Source of the DNA: a virus
Lineage: Duplodnaviria > Caudoviricetes
Reading direction: 5' to 3' (one strand)
Virus record (IMG/VR): IMGVR_UViG_3300025715_000009
Coordinates: 224,001-288,000 of that record
Length of the DNA: 64,000 bases
A model generated the notes under the pieces. It saw only the letters and a list, made by a program, of their open reading frames with translations, was not told the DNA's origin and searched no databases. This document shows positions 28,443 to 38,380 of the stretch, piece after piece (positions within the stretch are counted from its first letter, which is position 1; each line of letters opens with the position of its first letter). The position numbers were made by a program, and so were the translations under genes.

Positions 28443-31285
28443 TAAGTTGCTCCTCCAGCAGTTGTTAATCCAATTGATGTTCTTACTCTTGTTACTTTTA
28501 TTAAATCATAAATTAATTCATTCGTTCTGCCAGTATTAGTTTCAATGGCACTTAGGTGTTGATTTGTTGTTTCTAATGTTTTTGTATAATCTTTTGTCTC
28601 TATTGTTTTTTGTGCATCATTTTCGCCTGTTATCTTGGTCTGGATTTTTGTAACAATATCAGCAACCATTCCCTTACCAACCAAATTATTCATTTCATTT
28701 AGTTTTATGTTAATATTTTCAATTTCAGAAATAACTCCACTGGATATTCCTTTCCAATTACCACCTAATTGTTCTTTAAATAATTTTATTCCATCAGCTG
28801 CTTGAACACCATATTGTGCTATTAATTGAACGCCTTCACCCATTGTTTTATATGACTCTTGTAGTTTTGAAATAGAATTAACAACAAGTGCTATACCAGC
28901 ACCCATTAACAGAAATGCTGCACCTACTGCCAAAATTCCAACTGCACCTACACTACCTGCAGCCCCAATTGCTGTAATTATTGGCGGTAATAATGCTAAC
29001 ATACCCATAAATCCACCAAACACTGGCAATAAAATAAGTGCTATTCCTGCAAGTTGATTAAATGATAACCCTGCTTCGCCAACTGCTTTTACTAATTGAG
29101 TAATTGATAATATGATTATTGCAATTCCAGCTGCAAGCATTAACATAGCAGCACCAACAGCTAATATTTGTTTTGGGCTAGGAAAACTTTTCATTGCTTC
29201 ACCAATACCTTTTAATTTATTTGGTGCTTTATCATCTATTTTAGAAGTAGCATCTCCTATTTTTTCTATTCCTTTTGCTTCAGGAGCTCCTTTTCTTGTA
29301 GACCAAGCATGTTTTATTTTTTGGGTTAATGTTGCACCACCATCTGTTTTCATAGCTTGACCAAGATTTTTAGCAAAAGTCCAAGCTTGTTTTACACCTT
29401 CTTTTAATCCACCAACCCACCCAAAAATATTTTTACCTATTCCACTTGTTAATCCACCAATAATTTTCAAATTCATAATAAATGCTAATAGACCAACAGA
29501 AATAAGAACTTTTAGTGCTGTTCCTAAACCAGCAACAAATTTATTACTACTTGTAGACATTTTATTTATATATGTCAATACAATATTAAATGCTTCTGCA
29601 ATTCCACCAATGATTTTTAAAATTGGCAAAAGAGTGGTTTGCATCATTACTAACAATGAATTTTTTATTCTTGTTAGTTGATCAGTTAATCCTTGGCGAG
29701 CTGCGGCTGCTGCTTCTTCTAATGCTACAGTTTCCTTTGTATCTTTTAATCTTTGAGCATCATATTGTGATAATGATTGAACTTGTTCTAAGTTTAATCC
29801 ATGGGCTTCTGCCATTGCTTTTAAGGCATAAATATTTCCACCATATTGTGCCTTCAAATCTTTGGCAACTTTAACCATTTTAGCAGTCATACCTTCCATA
29901 TTCTTACCTTCACCTTGCATCATAGCAAATCCTTCTGCTGCTGTCATTCCCATAGATGACCATAATAAAACTGATTTTTGAACATTTTCAGGATCCATCA
30001 TTTTATTAATAATTCCAGCGGCATCTTGTGCTTCAAGACCTACAGATGTAAAGGCTGCTGTCATTTTAGCCACTTCTTTAGTAACAACTTTAACATCTTT
30101 AGAAGATCCACCACCAAATGCTTTGAATTGTCTCATTAAACTACCCACAGTGGATCCAACAACCCCAGCTTCAGCATCTGATAATCCGAGTTGTTGTTGA
30201 ACATTTGATAATTCTTGGGCAGCAACTCTTATATCCTTAGACCCAACACCACCTATTAAACTTAAACTTTTAACAAATTCATTAGCAATACCTGGAGACA
30301 TTGAGAGTGCTTTTTGCATCAACATAGAGGTTTCTGTTAACTCTTTAAAATCAGTTTTACTTCCAGCTCCAACACGCATTTTCATCAACTCACTCATTGT
30401 TTCACCAACTTCACTTAAAGATGCTTGTGTTGTTGTTGCTATTTCAGCATTCATCTTCATATAATCAAAAGCAGTATCTCTTACAGCTTTTCTTAAATTC
30501 CAATTTGCAGATGCTGCTTTATCTGTAGAATATTCTACATTATTCCAAGATTCACTTATTTTTTGACCCATCATCCAAGATGTTCTGGCAAGTTCATTTT
30601 GTGTTTGAATTATTTCAGTAAATATTGAGTATGCTGTTCCTAAGCCAATAGTATATTGCATAAAGCTTCTTACTTGATTAGCTACATTTTCTATTTTTCT
30701 TTTTGTTTCTTCATAAGGAGCTGATGTTATTTTTTCTATTTGTTTAACCAACTCTTGTGTTTTCTTTGGATCATGTTCTTTTGACAAAGCATTAATCATA
30801 TCTATTACTGCTTTTGTTTGTTTTGGAGAAAAATCACTTATATTAGTAGAAAATTTTTCCATGGATTTAGTAAATATATCCATTGATTTTAAATCCATAC
30901 TAGCAACATTTTTATTTAAATTATTAAACATTGTTTGAAGTTTATTTACGCCTTCTGCACCGTCTAACTTACCAACATTAAAAATATGTTTAAGGTTTTC
31001 TTGAATACTACTAAGAGAACCAGCAACACCTGCTAATGTTTTATTTTTAATAAATTCTGCTCCTAAAGATTTTCCAAATATTCCCATTTGTTCTGTAGCA
31101 TATCTTACTTTTTCACTTATTTCTTTTACTTGACCAGCTCTAAATTTAAAACTGCTGTCCCAGGCTTTAGAATTTTCTTTAAATGACTGTGTAAAATTAA
31201 TAAATGCAGCATTAGCCCCTGCTATTCCACGAGTAAACATTGCCGTGTTCGATGAGAAGTTAAGTGCAAAATTAATTCCTAACAT
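28442..31285 (-). CDS. Tape measure protein
   Basis: 947-aa Ala/Gly/Met-rich helical protein with hydrophobic C-terminal repeats; gene context. Confidence 0.8.
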   Translation of the reverse strand: MLGINFALNFSSNTAMFTRGIAGANAAFINFTQSFKENSKAWDSSFKFRAGQVKEISEKVRYATEQMGIFGKSLGAEFIKNKTLAGVAGSLSSIQENLKHIFNVGKLDGAEGVNKLQTMFNNLNKNVASMDLKSMDIFTKSMEKFSTNISDFSPKQTKAVIDMINALSKEHDPKKTQELVKQIEKITSAPYEETKRKIENVANQVRSFMQYTIGLGTAYSIFTEIIQTQNELARTSWMMGQKISESWNNVEYSTDKAASANWNLRKAVRDTAFDYMKMNAEIATTTQASLSEVGETMSELMKMRVGAGSKTDFKELTETSMLMQKALSMSPGIANEFVKSLSLIGGVGSKDIRVAAQELSNVQQQLGLSDAEAGVVGSTVGSLMRQFKAFGGGSSKDVKVVTKEVAKMTAAFTSVGLEAQDAAGIINKMMDPENVQKSVLLWSSMGMTAAEGFAMMQGEGKNMEGMTAKMVKVAKDLKAQYGGNIYALKAMAEAHGLNLEQVQSLSQYDAQRLKDTKETVALEEAAAAARQGLTDQLTRIKNSLLVMMQTTLLPILKIIGGIAEAFNIVLTYINKMSTSSNKFVAGLGTALKVLISVGLLAFIMNLKIIGGLTSGIGKNIFGWVGGLKEGVKQAWTFAKNLGQAMKTDGGATLTQKIKHAWSTRKGAPEAKGIEKIGDATSKIDDKAPNKLKGIGEAMKSFPSPKQILAVGAAMLMLAAGIAIIILSITQLVKAVGEAGLSFNQLAGIALILLPVFGGFMGMLALLPPIITAIGAAGSVGAVGILAVGAAFLLMGAGIALVVNSISKLQESYKTMGEGVQLIAQYGVQAADGIKLFKEQLGGNWKGISSGVISEIENINIKLNEMNNLVGKGMVADIVTKIQTKITGENDAQKTIETKDYTKTLETTNQHLSAIETNTGRTNELIYDLIKVTRVRTSIGLTTAGGAT

Positions 31286-31293
31286 TTTATTCC

Positions 31294-33168
31294 TTATTGT
31301 TCAACTGCAGATCCAGTTGCTTGTGCTTTTCTTCTTTGCATAACCTGTCTCTCAGCTTCTAATCCTTCTTCTGGACTTATTTTTCTAACATAAGCCTGTA
31401 GTGTCATTTTAGTTTTATATGACCCATCACTTGTAAAATCATGTTCACTTTCTAATAAAATCCATTGTCTACTAAACATTTGAATTAGTGGATCACGTAT
31501 TATTCCACTTATTTCTTTTCCATCCAAATCAAATACTTTTCTAAGATAACCTTCTTCACCAGCAAAAGAGAAATCTGTTGTCATTATTGTTCTGCCACCT
31601 TCTAATATAGTTCCTATATCTGGATCACCCATAATTTCTACTGTTGCTTTAAATGTATTTTGTGCTATAATTGAAGATAATGTTTGATCCCTTGATGGAA
31701 TGTCATTGCTCATATTACCAGCTTGTAATTGTTCAGCTAATTCTCTTGCACCACCATAATTCTCAATAACTGAATCATATTCTTTTGTGACTGCACCAAA
31801 CGATGTTACTTTCTGCCACCAATTTGGTTTTTTACCCATAAAATCTTGAACTGCTTCAAAAGTATCAAATTTCTTGAGTGTTTCAAGAAATTTTTCCCAA
31901 TTTTTATTTTCTTTTAAATTGGCATATTTTTCTGCTAATTTATCTTTAAACATTCTAAATAATTGTTCGTAAGAATTAAGATCACTTTCCCAATTTAATA
32001 CTCTCTTTTTATCTATAAAATATTTATATGATAAACCATCATTATGAACTACACTTGAACTTAATGGTTCTATAAGAGCGGTTTGATCATTAAAAACATA
32101 TTTTTCTTGTCCTGCTTTCCAAAATAATACTGGTCCTCTTGCAAAATTCTTTACTCCGGCTACCTCTTTAAGCCATTGTTCAAAAAAAGTTAAACTATCT
32201 TTATTAAATATTTTAGAATCTGGGTCTGGATCTACATGCCAATCGTATTCTATTATTGTCCAAACTTCTCCATCATCATTTTTTTTATACCAAGCGTTTT
32301 GTCTTCTATATGTTAGAATCATACCTTTATCTTTAAGAAGTTTTTCATCTTCTTCTGTAATTTGCACTTTAGCCAGCATCAAATTCATCCATGTTATCAA
32401 TGGCATAGTAAATTCAATTGGTTCTATATCATGATCTCCTTGCAAAGGTCTTGCTTTATATCCAGTTGATTTACAGTTAATTATTATTTTTTTCTTGGCT
32501 AATTGTTTTGCAAAAGAGAATGTCTGATGGTCTGGTATTATATTATCTGTTCTACTTGTTCTATTAAAAATAGCAGAACGTGCAACATAGTTAATTACAT
32601 CAATAGCAGTTGGTGGTTGATTGTTGTTCTTTGTTAATAACACTTGCCAAAATTTTTCTGGGTCAGAATTTATTATATCATTCCAATCAAAACATAAAAC
32701 ATCATCAAATACAAATTCTGAATATGGAACAAATGTTCCAGATATAGACACGGCACCATCTTCTTCTATATCAAATTTTACTGATGTTAATTTTGCAGTT
32801 AGAGTATCTTTATGAATTGCACCTTGTTCTCTTATTGGTTTTAATCCAGTCCACCCAAATGATATTTTCATATCTGGTCCTGGTGAGTGTGCAATATCAT
32901 TTCCAATTCTTCCTATATCTGCAAATCTATTTGGCCAAACACCAGATAAATCTTTAATTGAAAAAGAACCTTCACGACCTTGAGGAGCAACACCTTTTAT
33001 ATTCATTTGAGTAATTAATGCTGTGCCATCTGCAGTAAACTTTCCATCTTTTGCATAAAATCCAGTTTCAGATTGATTTGTGCTAATTTTATAATAAGTA
33101 AAACGAGGTGGTCCAAGACAAATTTCTACCCATGGTCGAGATGTATTTACTATAGCATTTTCTATCAT
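31294..33168 (-). CDS. Baseplate hub-like protein (gp27/gpD-like)
   Basis: C-terminal ATVEIMGDPDI...WILLESEHDF...SYKTKMTL. Confidence 0.6.
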   Translation of the reverse strand: MIENAIVNTSRPWVEICLGPPRFTYYKISTNQSETGFYAKDGKFTADGTALITQMNIKGVAPQGREGSFSIKDLSGVWPNRFADIGRIGNDIAHSPGPDMKISFGWTGLKPIREQGAIHKDTLTAKLTSVKFDIEEDGAVSISGTFVPYSEFVFDDVLCFDWNDIINSDPEKFWQVLLTKNNNQPPTAIDVINYVARSAIFNRTSRTDNIIPDHQTFSFAKQLAKKKIIINCKSTGYKARPLQGDHDIEPIEFTMPLITWMNLMLAKVQITEEDEKLLKDKGMILTYRRQNAWYKKNDDGEVWTIIEYDWHVDPDPDSKIFNKDSLTFFEQWLKEVAGVKNFARGPVLFWKAGQEKYVFNDQTALIEPLSSSVVHNDGLSYKYFIDKKRVLNWESDLNSYEQLFRMFKDKLAEKYANLKENKNWEKFLETLKKFDTFEAVQDFMGKKPNWWQKVTSFGAVTKEYDSVIENYGGARELAEQLQAGNMSNDIPSRDQTLSSIIAQNTFKATVEIMGDPDIGTILEGGRTIMTTDFSFAGEEGYLRKVFDLDGKEISGIIRDPLIQMFSRQWILLESEHDFTSDGSYKTKMTLQAYVRKISPEEGLEAERQVMQRRKAQATGSAVEQ

Positions 33169-33776
33169 TAAGGATTCTCCGGTGGTCTATATTGTATAGA
33201 TATACCTTTCTGATTTTGATAGGGTTTTTGCGAATTTTGTCTATATTGTATTTGTATCGTTTGTGCTCTTATTTTTTCTGCTGTTTCTTCATTATAAGGA
33301 ACTTTATTGAATGAAAAAATCTTTGGTCTTATAGCGGCATTAAGTTGTCTTACCCATTGTTCTCTTAATGCTGCCATAGTATTTACTGGTTCTTGAATTT
33401 GACTTAATCCTTCAGATACTTTTACACCTCTTAACATTGATGTAAAATATTTTCTATATGCTGTTTTTGGTATCATTGGATAGCGTGTTTTTAAAACTTG
33501 ATAAATTGTATTAGAAGTAAGGACAACGTTAGCATGTCTTGAATTACGTATAAAATTAATTAATTGTGATGCAAATCCACCTAAATAATGAACATTTATT
33601 CCAACAGTATAAAAGGCATCAGACCCAATTATAAACAACAATGGTCGTGGGTCATGATGCCAGTTTCTATATGTGCAAGCGTATACTCTGCCTATTCCAA
33701 ATGGAACTACATTAGAGTTTGGTCCATAGTTTTTTCGTAATACTTGAGCAAGTCTTGCAAATAATTCATTAGCCAT
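33168..33776 (-). CDS. DNA end protector-like protein (T4 gp2-like)
   Basis: HDPRPLLFIIG...GINVHYL...AYRKY motifs. Confidence 0.6.
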   Translation of the reverse strand: MANELFARLAQVLRKNYGPNSNVVPFGIGRVYACTYRNWHHDPRPLLFIIGSDAFYTVGINVHYLGGFASQLINFIRNSRHANVVLTSNTIYQVLKTRYPMIPKTAYRKYFTSMLRGVKVSEGLSQIQEPVNTMAALREQWVRQLNAAIRPKIFSFNKVPYNEETAEKIRAQTIQIQYRQNSQKPYQNQKGISIQYRPPENP

Positions 33777-33989
33777 TTATTTTTTAAGTTTGAATTTTGG
33801 ATTCTCACCTTTTTCTAATTCTGTTTTTAGTTTTTTATTAAGTTTTCCAAGTTCTGATTGGTCTAATTTTGCAATTGCATCATCGAATTCTTTGCCACCG
33901 TTTGGATTCTCTGTGTCTCCAGTATAATAATCTTTGGGATATTCTTGAACTGGAATTTTATTATAATCTGTTGTCTTTCCTTCTGCCAT
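33777..33989 (-). CDS. Hypothetical protein
   Basis: SD AGGAG, tight packing. Confidence 0.65.
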   Translation of the reverse strand: MAEGKTTDYNKIPVQEYPKDYYTGDTENPNGGKEFDDAIAKLDQSELGKLNKKLKTELEKGENPKFKLKK

Positions 33990-33991
33990 AG

Positions 33992-34252
33992 TTATTCTCC
34001 TGTTTGTGTAAAATTATATCTAAATATTTTTTCTATTAATAATCTTTCTGGATTATCGTATATAGTTGGCATAAATATATCCAAACTACTTGTTTGCATT
34101 TTATCCCAATATATTTGTTTTTTAATTTCTCTTGTTATTAAAAGACGAATATCATATATCTGTCCATTTTTGGATATTGTATCACACCACAAAATAGTAG
34201 CATCATGCATAGTATTATATTTTAATGTATAGATGCTTTTTTCTTTAATCAT
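33992..34252 (-). CDS. Small hypothetical protein, C-terminal 'xxIF' helix family
   Basis: Ends RLLIEKIFRY. Confidence 0.55.
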   Translation of the reverse strand: MIKEKSIYTLKYNTMHDATILWCDTISKNGQIYDIRLLITREIKKQIYWDKMQTSSLDIFMPTIYDNPERLLIEKIFRYNFTQTGE

Positions 34253-34973
34253 GTTTTTCTAAATAAATATCATTGACAAACATATCAGAGTAGAATTCAT
34301 CTCTCTTAGACCATTTTTTAAACAAGAAAATAATTATTCTTGCAAAAAAGTTTGCTTTAGCACCTTGTAATTCAGGAGAATAAATATTTCTTAATTCACG
34401 AGAATATAATTTACCTTTATAATATGTTCCAATATACTCTAATTTTTTAGACCTGGCTATATCAGCAGGAGCAATGATTGCTTCTTGGCCAATCTTTATA
34501 TTAATCAAATCTTTTCCAGCATCTTTATAAGATAAAGCCACCATCTCTGAACAGTTATGCATTCTATCTAATGACAATTTTTTTATTCTTTTTGAACTCA
34601 AGAATGGAAAAATGAATCCTTGTTCGTATGAATAAGCGTGTCCAATTTTATTTTTTGCTGCTTCAAGTATTTTGGATTGTGTCTCAGTATCAATTTTACT
34701 TAATCTGAAAATATCTAATGCTTCTGTTTGTGGAAAATTTTCATATGTTGTTCCAAATGCACCAGCACCAATTGTCCAACCATCTTTATCATAAATAGAT
34801 ACATGGTTATATGCTGATGATGTAAATAATTGTATACCAGCACATAATATTTTGCTTCTCTTTCCACGATATAAAACAACATCACCTGGTTGAGCATCAT
34901 TTGTAAAATCAGACTCGAATCTCTTCCCTATTGTTTTTTTTACTAAAAACGTAAATAATTTCATTATTGCCAT
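34245..34973 (-). CDS. Permuted papain-like NlpC/P60 amidase (YiiX/YebB-like)
   Basis: QPGDVVLY, YNHVSIY (His before Cys), GHAYSY, NCSEMVA, IAPADI. Confidence 0.85.
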   Translation of the reverse strand: MAIMKLFTFLVKKTIGKRFESDFTNDAQPGDVVLYRGKRSKILCAGIQLFTSSAYNHVSIYDKDGWTIGAGAFGTTYENFPQTEALDIFRLSKIDTETQSKILEAAKNKIGHAYSYEQGFIFPFLSSKRIKKLSLDRMHNCSEMVALSYKDAGKDLINIKIGQEAIIAPADIARSKKLEYIGTYYKGKLYSRELRNIYSPELQGAKANFFARIIIFLFKKWSKRDEFYSDMFVNDIYLEKHD

Positions 34974-35063
34974 AGCCCCTCCTAAGATTTTTTAATTCTT
35001 TCAGTTTCTATCTGAATTAAAGTATCAATACTCTCTGCCATAGTTTCTATTGTTGTACCTATA

Positions 35064-35546
35064 TCATCCAACTTTTTCAATAATTTCTCGTTTTGTTTCA
35101 TTAATTTCGCCAACGCTTGAATTATCAATTTTTCTGTCTCTTTCATTTTTACCTCGTTCTAAATATTTTTGCATTCTTTTTTTCTTGGCTTCCATAATTA
35201 TTACTAATTCTGCTCTTCTTACATCTGCTCTTGAACCACCTTCTTGCAATATTTTTAATCCAATAGATTCTAATTTTCTATGGCAAGAATCACAAACTGA
35301 TACTAAATTAGATAAAGAATTATCTTTGCTCACTTTTACTGGGATAAGATGATGTGCTGCTAATTTACCTCTTTTACCACATAATACACATCTGTATCCA
35401 TCACGTTGATATACTTTCCTACGTATATCATCCCAACATTCTGTATAATACTTCTTTTTTATTTTGCTATCTACTATTTGCTGTGCTTTTGTTTTCTTTA
35501 CATTTGGTCTGAAATGCTTTTTGTATTTGAATATATTTTTATCCAG
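35064..35546 (-). CDS. HNH endonuclease with probable CTG start
   Basis: Track ORF extends in frame to CTG at 35546 after GGAGGTG: WDDIRRKVYQRDGYRCVLCG...AHHLIP...NLVSVCDSCH. Confidence 0.85.
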   Translation of the reverse strand: MDKNIFKYKKHFRPNVKKTKAQQIVDSKIKKKYYTECWDDIRRKVYQRDGYRCVLCGKRGKLAAHHLIPVKVSKDNSLSNLVSVCDSCHRKLESIGLKILQEGGSRADVRRAELVIIMEAKKKRMQKYLERGKNERDRKIDNSSVGEINETKREIIEKVG

Positions 35547-35607
35547 AAAACACCTCCAGTAAGTATATTATTATCTTATGAGTTTAATAAAGTTTAATGT
35601 TGTTTAA

Positions 35608-36396
35608 TTATAATCTTTTAAGGTATCTATCCAGATTCTTTACATCTTTCATATTAGATGCTTTTTTCTGAAGAGATTTTAATTGAGGTGGAGAAAATTC
35701 TTTTTTATATTTCCATAACATATAAGCAGCAAGTGATGCTAATATTACAGAGAACTTAAGTGTTGCTTTAAAAGAATAATCTTTAAATGAAAAAGAGAAA
35801 TCAAATAAATCAGTTGCAAATTTTTGTATAAAACCAAATTCAGAATGTTGTAGTTTATTTGGTTTTAGTGCCTCTTTAAATTTTTTGGCTAAAAAATTAC
35901 CTAAATCTATTTGTGATGAGTTAGCATATACGTTTAACGGGAGGAGTGCTCTTGTTTTATAAACAAGAGATATGGGCGGAGAGAACTTTTGTTTAACAGA
36001 AGAAAAATTATCTTTTATCCATTTTTCTGCATCAAATACATATTGCATTTTTTGTTTATCAATATGTTTTAATGTATAATATTTTTCTTCTCCTGGTCTT
36101 GAACGAGATGAAATAAATTCTTTATAAAAGTTTTCTAATTGTTGTTGGGTTGCTTCTCTTTTATTTGTTGGCATAGGAGGTCCAGGCCATTCTAATCTAT
36201 ACCACATCATCCACTCACCTTTATATTCATTAATCATAAATCTTGATGTTGTTAAAATTAATTTCTTTTGTGATTGTGGTATGATTTGAGTGTCTGGATA
36301 TGAACGATTTTGTTGTTGCGGTGGAAGAATTGCATCAACTGCTTTTGTTTGTGGAGTAATAGTAAGTTGTTGTGATAAAAGACTTGCTAAATCCAT
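35608..36396 (-). CDS. Hypothetical protein with hydrophobic segment near C-terminus
   Basis: FSVILASLAAYMLW. Confidence 0.65.
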   Translation of the reverse strand: MDLASLLSQQLTITPQTKAVDAILPPQQQNRSYPDTQIIPQSQKKLILTTSRFMINEYKGEWMMWYRLEWPGPPMPTNKREATQQQLENFYKEFISSRSRPGEEKYYTLKHIDKQKMQYVFDAEKWIKDNFSSVKQKFSPPISLVYKTRALLPLNVYANSSQIDLGNFLAKKFKEALKPNKLQHSEFGFIQKFATDLFDFSFSFKDYSFKATLKFSVILASLAAYMLWKYKKEFSPPQLKSLQKKASNMKDVKNLDRYLKRL

Positions 36397-36668
36397 TATT
36401 GTGTATCTACCTCAAACGCATTATTTTTATAATAATCACTTATTGATATTTGTTGACCAAATATAAATTTAATTACTAATTTATAAAATATTGGCTTAAT
36501 GTTTTTTAATTCTACACCTTCTACTTTGCTATATATTTTTCTAACTTGAAAATCAAATTTACCAATTAAATCATATGCCCAATACATTGACTCTGTTTTT
36601 ACTATTAAAATAGGTCTATATATATTTGATTCACCATAACCACTATGCCATATAGCAAGAATTTTCAT
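36396..36668 (-). CDS. Small hypothetical protein, C-terminal 'xxIF' helix family
   Basis: YKLVIKFIFGQ. Confidence 0.55.
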   Translation of the reverse strand: MKILAIWHSGYGESNIYRPILIVKTESMYWAYDLIGKFDFQVRKIYSKVEGVELKNIKPIFYKLVIKFIFGQQISISDYYKNNAFEVDTQ

Positions 36669-36928
36669 TCTTCTAAGTATCCTTGTATCTCTTCGCGAGT
36701 ATATTTACTAAGCCATTTTTTGAATGTTGCATATTCAAATTCTTCTTTTTCTTCTACTTTTATTTCTTGAATTCTTTTAATATCATCAACTATCTCAGAA
36801 ATTATCTCTTGTTTATTTTCTATTAACTCCTCTATTAAAGAATCAAAAAGCCTTTCGGCCTCACTTGAGATGTTATCTTTCCACAATTTTACGTTGATTA
36901 AATTAAAAAAATCTTCTGCATTTTTCAT
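36665..36928 (-). CDS. Hypothetical acidic helical protein
   Basis: Operonic overlaps. Confidence 0.6.
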   Translation of the reverse strand: MKNAEDFFNLINVKLWKDNISSEAERLFDSLIEELIENKQEIISEIVDDIKRIQEIKVEEKEEFEYATFKKWLSKYTREEIQGYLEE

Positions 36929-37344
36929 TCTTCTGTTTTTATACCTTGTTTAAATGATTCTCGCGACTGCACTCTTTCTCTATCCAAGTCATATAATCTC
37001 TTAAATTTATAATGACTAAATATACCGTCATTACTATAATCCTTCAAACACTCCAGAATAATTGGAAATTTACCAGTCAATGCATGAATTTCTGTAATTA
37101 AAAATGCACTGAATATTGGTAGTCCTGGTAAATTTATAATAAAGAAATCTTTTTGAAAAAAAATAGTTTTATTTTTTTCAATCAAATCATGCACTTGAAT
37201 ATATGTGCTATATTTTTTTAAATTCAAAGATGCTGGAACACTTATCTGTTCTATTTTAATATTGTGTTCTTTCTCAATTGCATCAATTACATTTTGATGT
37301 AGTTCTGCTCCAAAATTTATAAGATTAACTTGTTGCTCTGACAT
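36925..37344 (-). CDS. csx15: Csx15-like (CARF-related) protein
   Basis: LINF..EL....IE...I.VP...IINLPGLPIFSAFLITEIHALTGKFPII matches recalled Csx15 pattern LNFSHPL...VNPPGL..AA.LLAELHG..G.FP. Confidence 0.65.
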   Translation of the reverse strand: MSEQQVNLINFGAELHQNVIDAIEKEHNIKIEQISVPASLNLKKYSTYIQVHDLIEKNKTIFFQKDFFIINLPGLPIFSAFLITEIHALTGKFPIILECLKDYSNDGIFSHYKFKRLYDLDRERVQSRESFKQGIKTEE

Positions 37345-37424
37345 TTTTACCCCCAAAGAAAGATAAATATTCTTTGTATTATCTTATATAATTTTAGAGT
37401 AATGTTGATAATTTTAGATGAGAT

Positions 37425-38096
37425 TTAATCCATGAATTTTATGGCTATATGAAGGCGTTCTTTCTCAGAACAATATTTTAAAGCAAGCAAATTTAATTCT
37501 TCTTCAGAAATATTTTTTAATTTTTCTTTTTCTTCTATATTATGTTTTAATATGCAATCTATTAATGCTTTATTCTTAGCATCTATATTTTTATTCTCTG
37601 AATAATTTAAACTAAATGGTCCTGAAGAATTTTTAATAATAAAACTTGAATTGATTTTATCATCAACATTTAAATCATTATTATAAAAAATGGAAATAAT
37701 ATAATTAACTATTGATTCTACTTTTGTATAATCTTTTGTTTTATAAAAACAAGTATGAAGATTTCCATTTGCCTCTGGAAAAGATTTCGACACTTCTTCA
37801 TAAACATTTATTTTTATATTTTCTTTATTTACTTTATCATGTGGTGCTAATGCAACCACCCATTCGTTTTTATAAAGAGTGATTCTACAAGTCCATGAAC
37901 ATGGTTTTTTGCCATCGTTTATTAAAGTTGATAATTCACGTAATGAACCTTTTGTATTTGGTTGCATAACAATAATTGCTAATTCACCATATCTACAAAA
38001 TGATTTTATGTTAGTATCTAAATTTTCTTTTTTAACTTCTTTTTGAGAATAATGTTTTTCTGGTTCTTGTAGGTTTTTTATTTGTTCAAATTTCAT
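37425..38096 (-). CDS. Hypothetical protein
   Basis: 223-aa ORF, 4-bp overlap with upstream gene. Confidence 0.65.
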   Translation of the reverse strand: MKFEQIKNLQEPEKHYSQKEVKKENLDTNIKSFCRYGELAIIVMQPNTKGSLRELSTLINDGKKPCSWTCRITLYKNEWVVALAPHDKVNKENIKINVYEEVSKSFPEANGNLHTCFYKTKDYTKVESIVNYIISIFYNNDLNVDDKINSSFIIKNSSGPFSLNYSENKNIDAKNKALIDCILKHNIEEKEKLKNISEEELNLLALKYCSEKERLHIAIKFMD

Positions 38097-38368
38097 GAAT
38101 AAAACATCACTTTCTTTTCAAACATATTTTTAATTAAATGTCTTGGATTATCACTTTCATTAAGGGTTTTTAAGATTTCAATACCAATGGGCATTTCACC
38201 ATTAATGAGATTTGTGCGATTTAACATAAAACCTATTTTTTCTCCGTTTTCATTAAAACTAAAATAATGACCAGAAAAATTATTATTATCTTTAATAAAA
38301 AAATATTGGTATACACTACCTGTAATACGAGCATACAATGTATTTGATTTTATATCTTGTATTGTCAT
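38093..38368 (-). CDS. Small hypothetical protein, C-terminal 'xxIF' helix family
   Basis: RHLIKNMFEK; CAAGATAA 4 nt before ATG. Confidence 0.55.
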   Translation of the reverse strand: MTIQDIKSNTLYARITGSVYQYFFIKDNNNFSGHYFSFNENGEKIGFMLNRTNLINGEMPIGIEILKTLNESDNPRHLIKNMFEKKVMFYS

Positions 38369-38380
38369 ATTATTATCTTG

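Noticed and set aside
35064-35546. Intron- or intein-associated homing endonuclease
   Set aside because: Free-standing with its own SD; flanking genes are not interrupted
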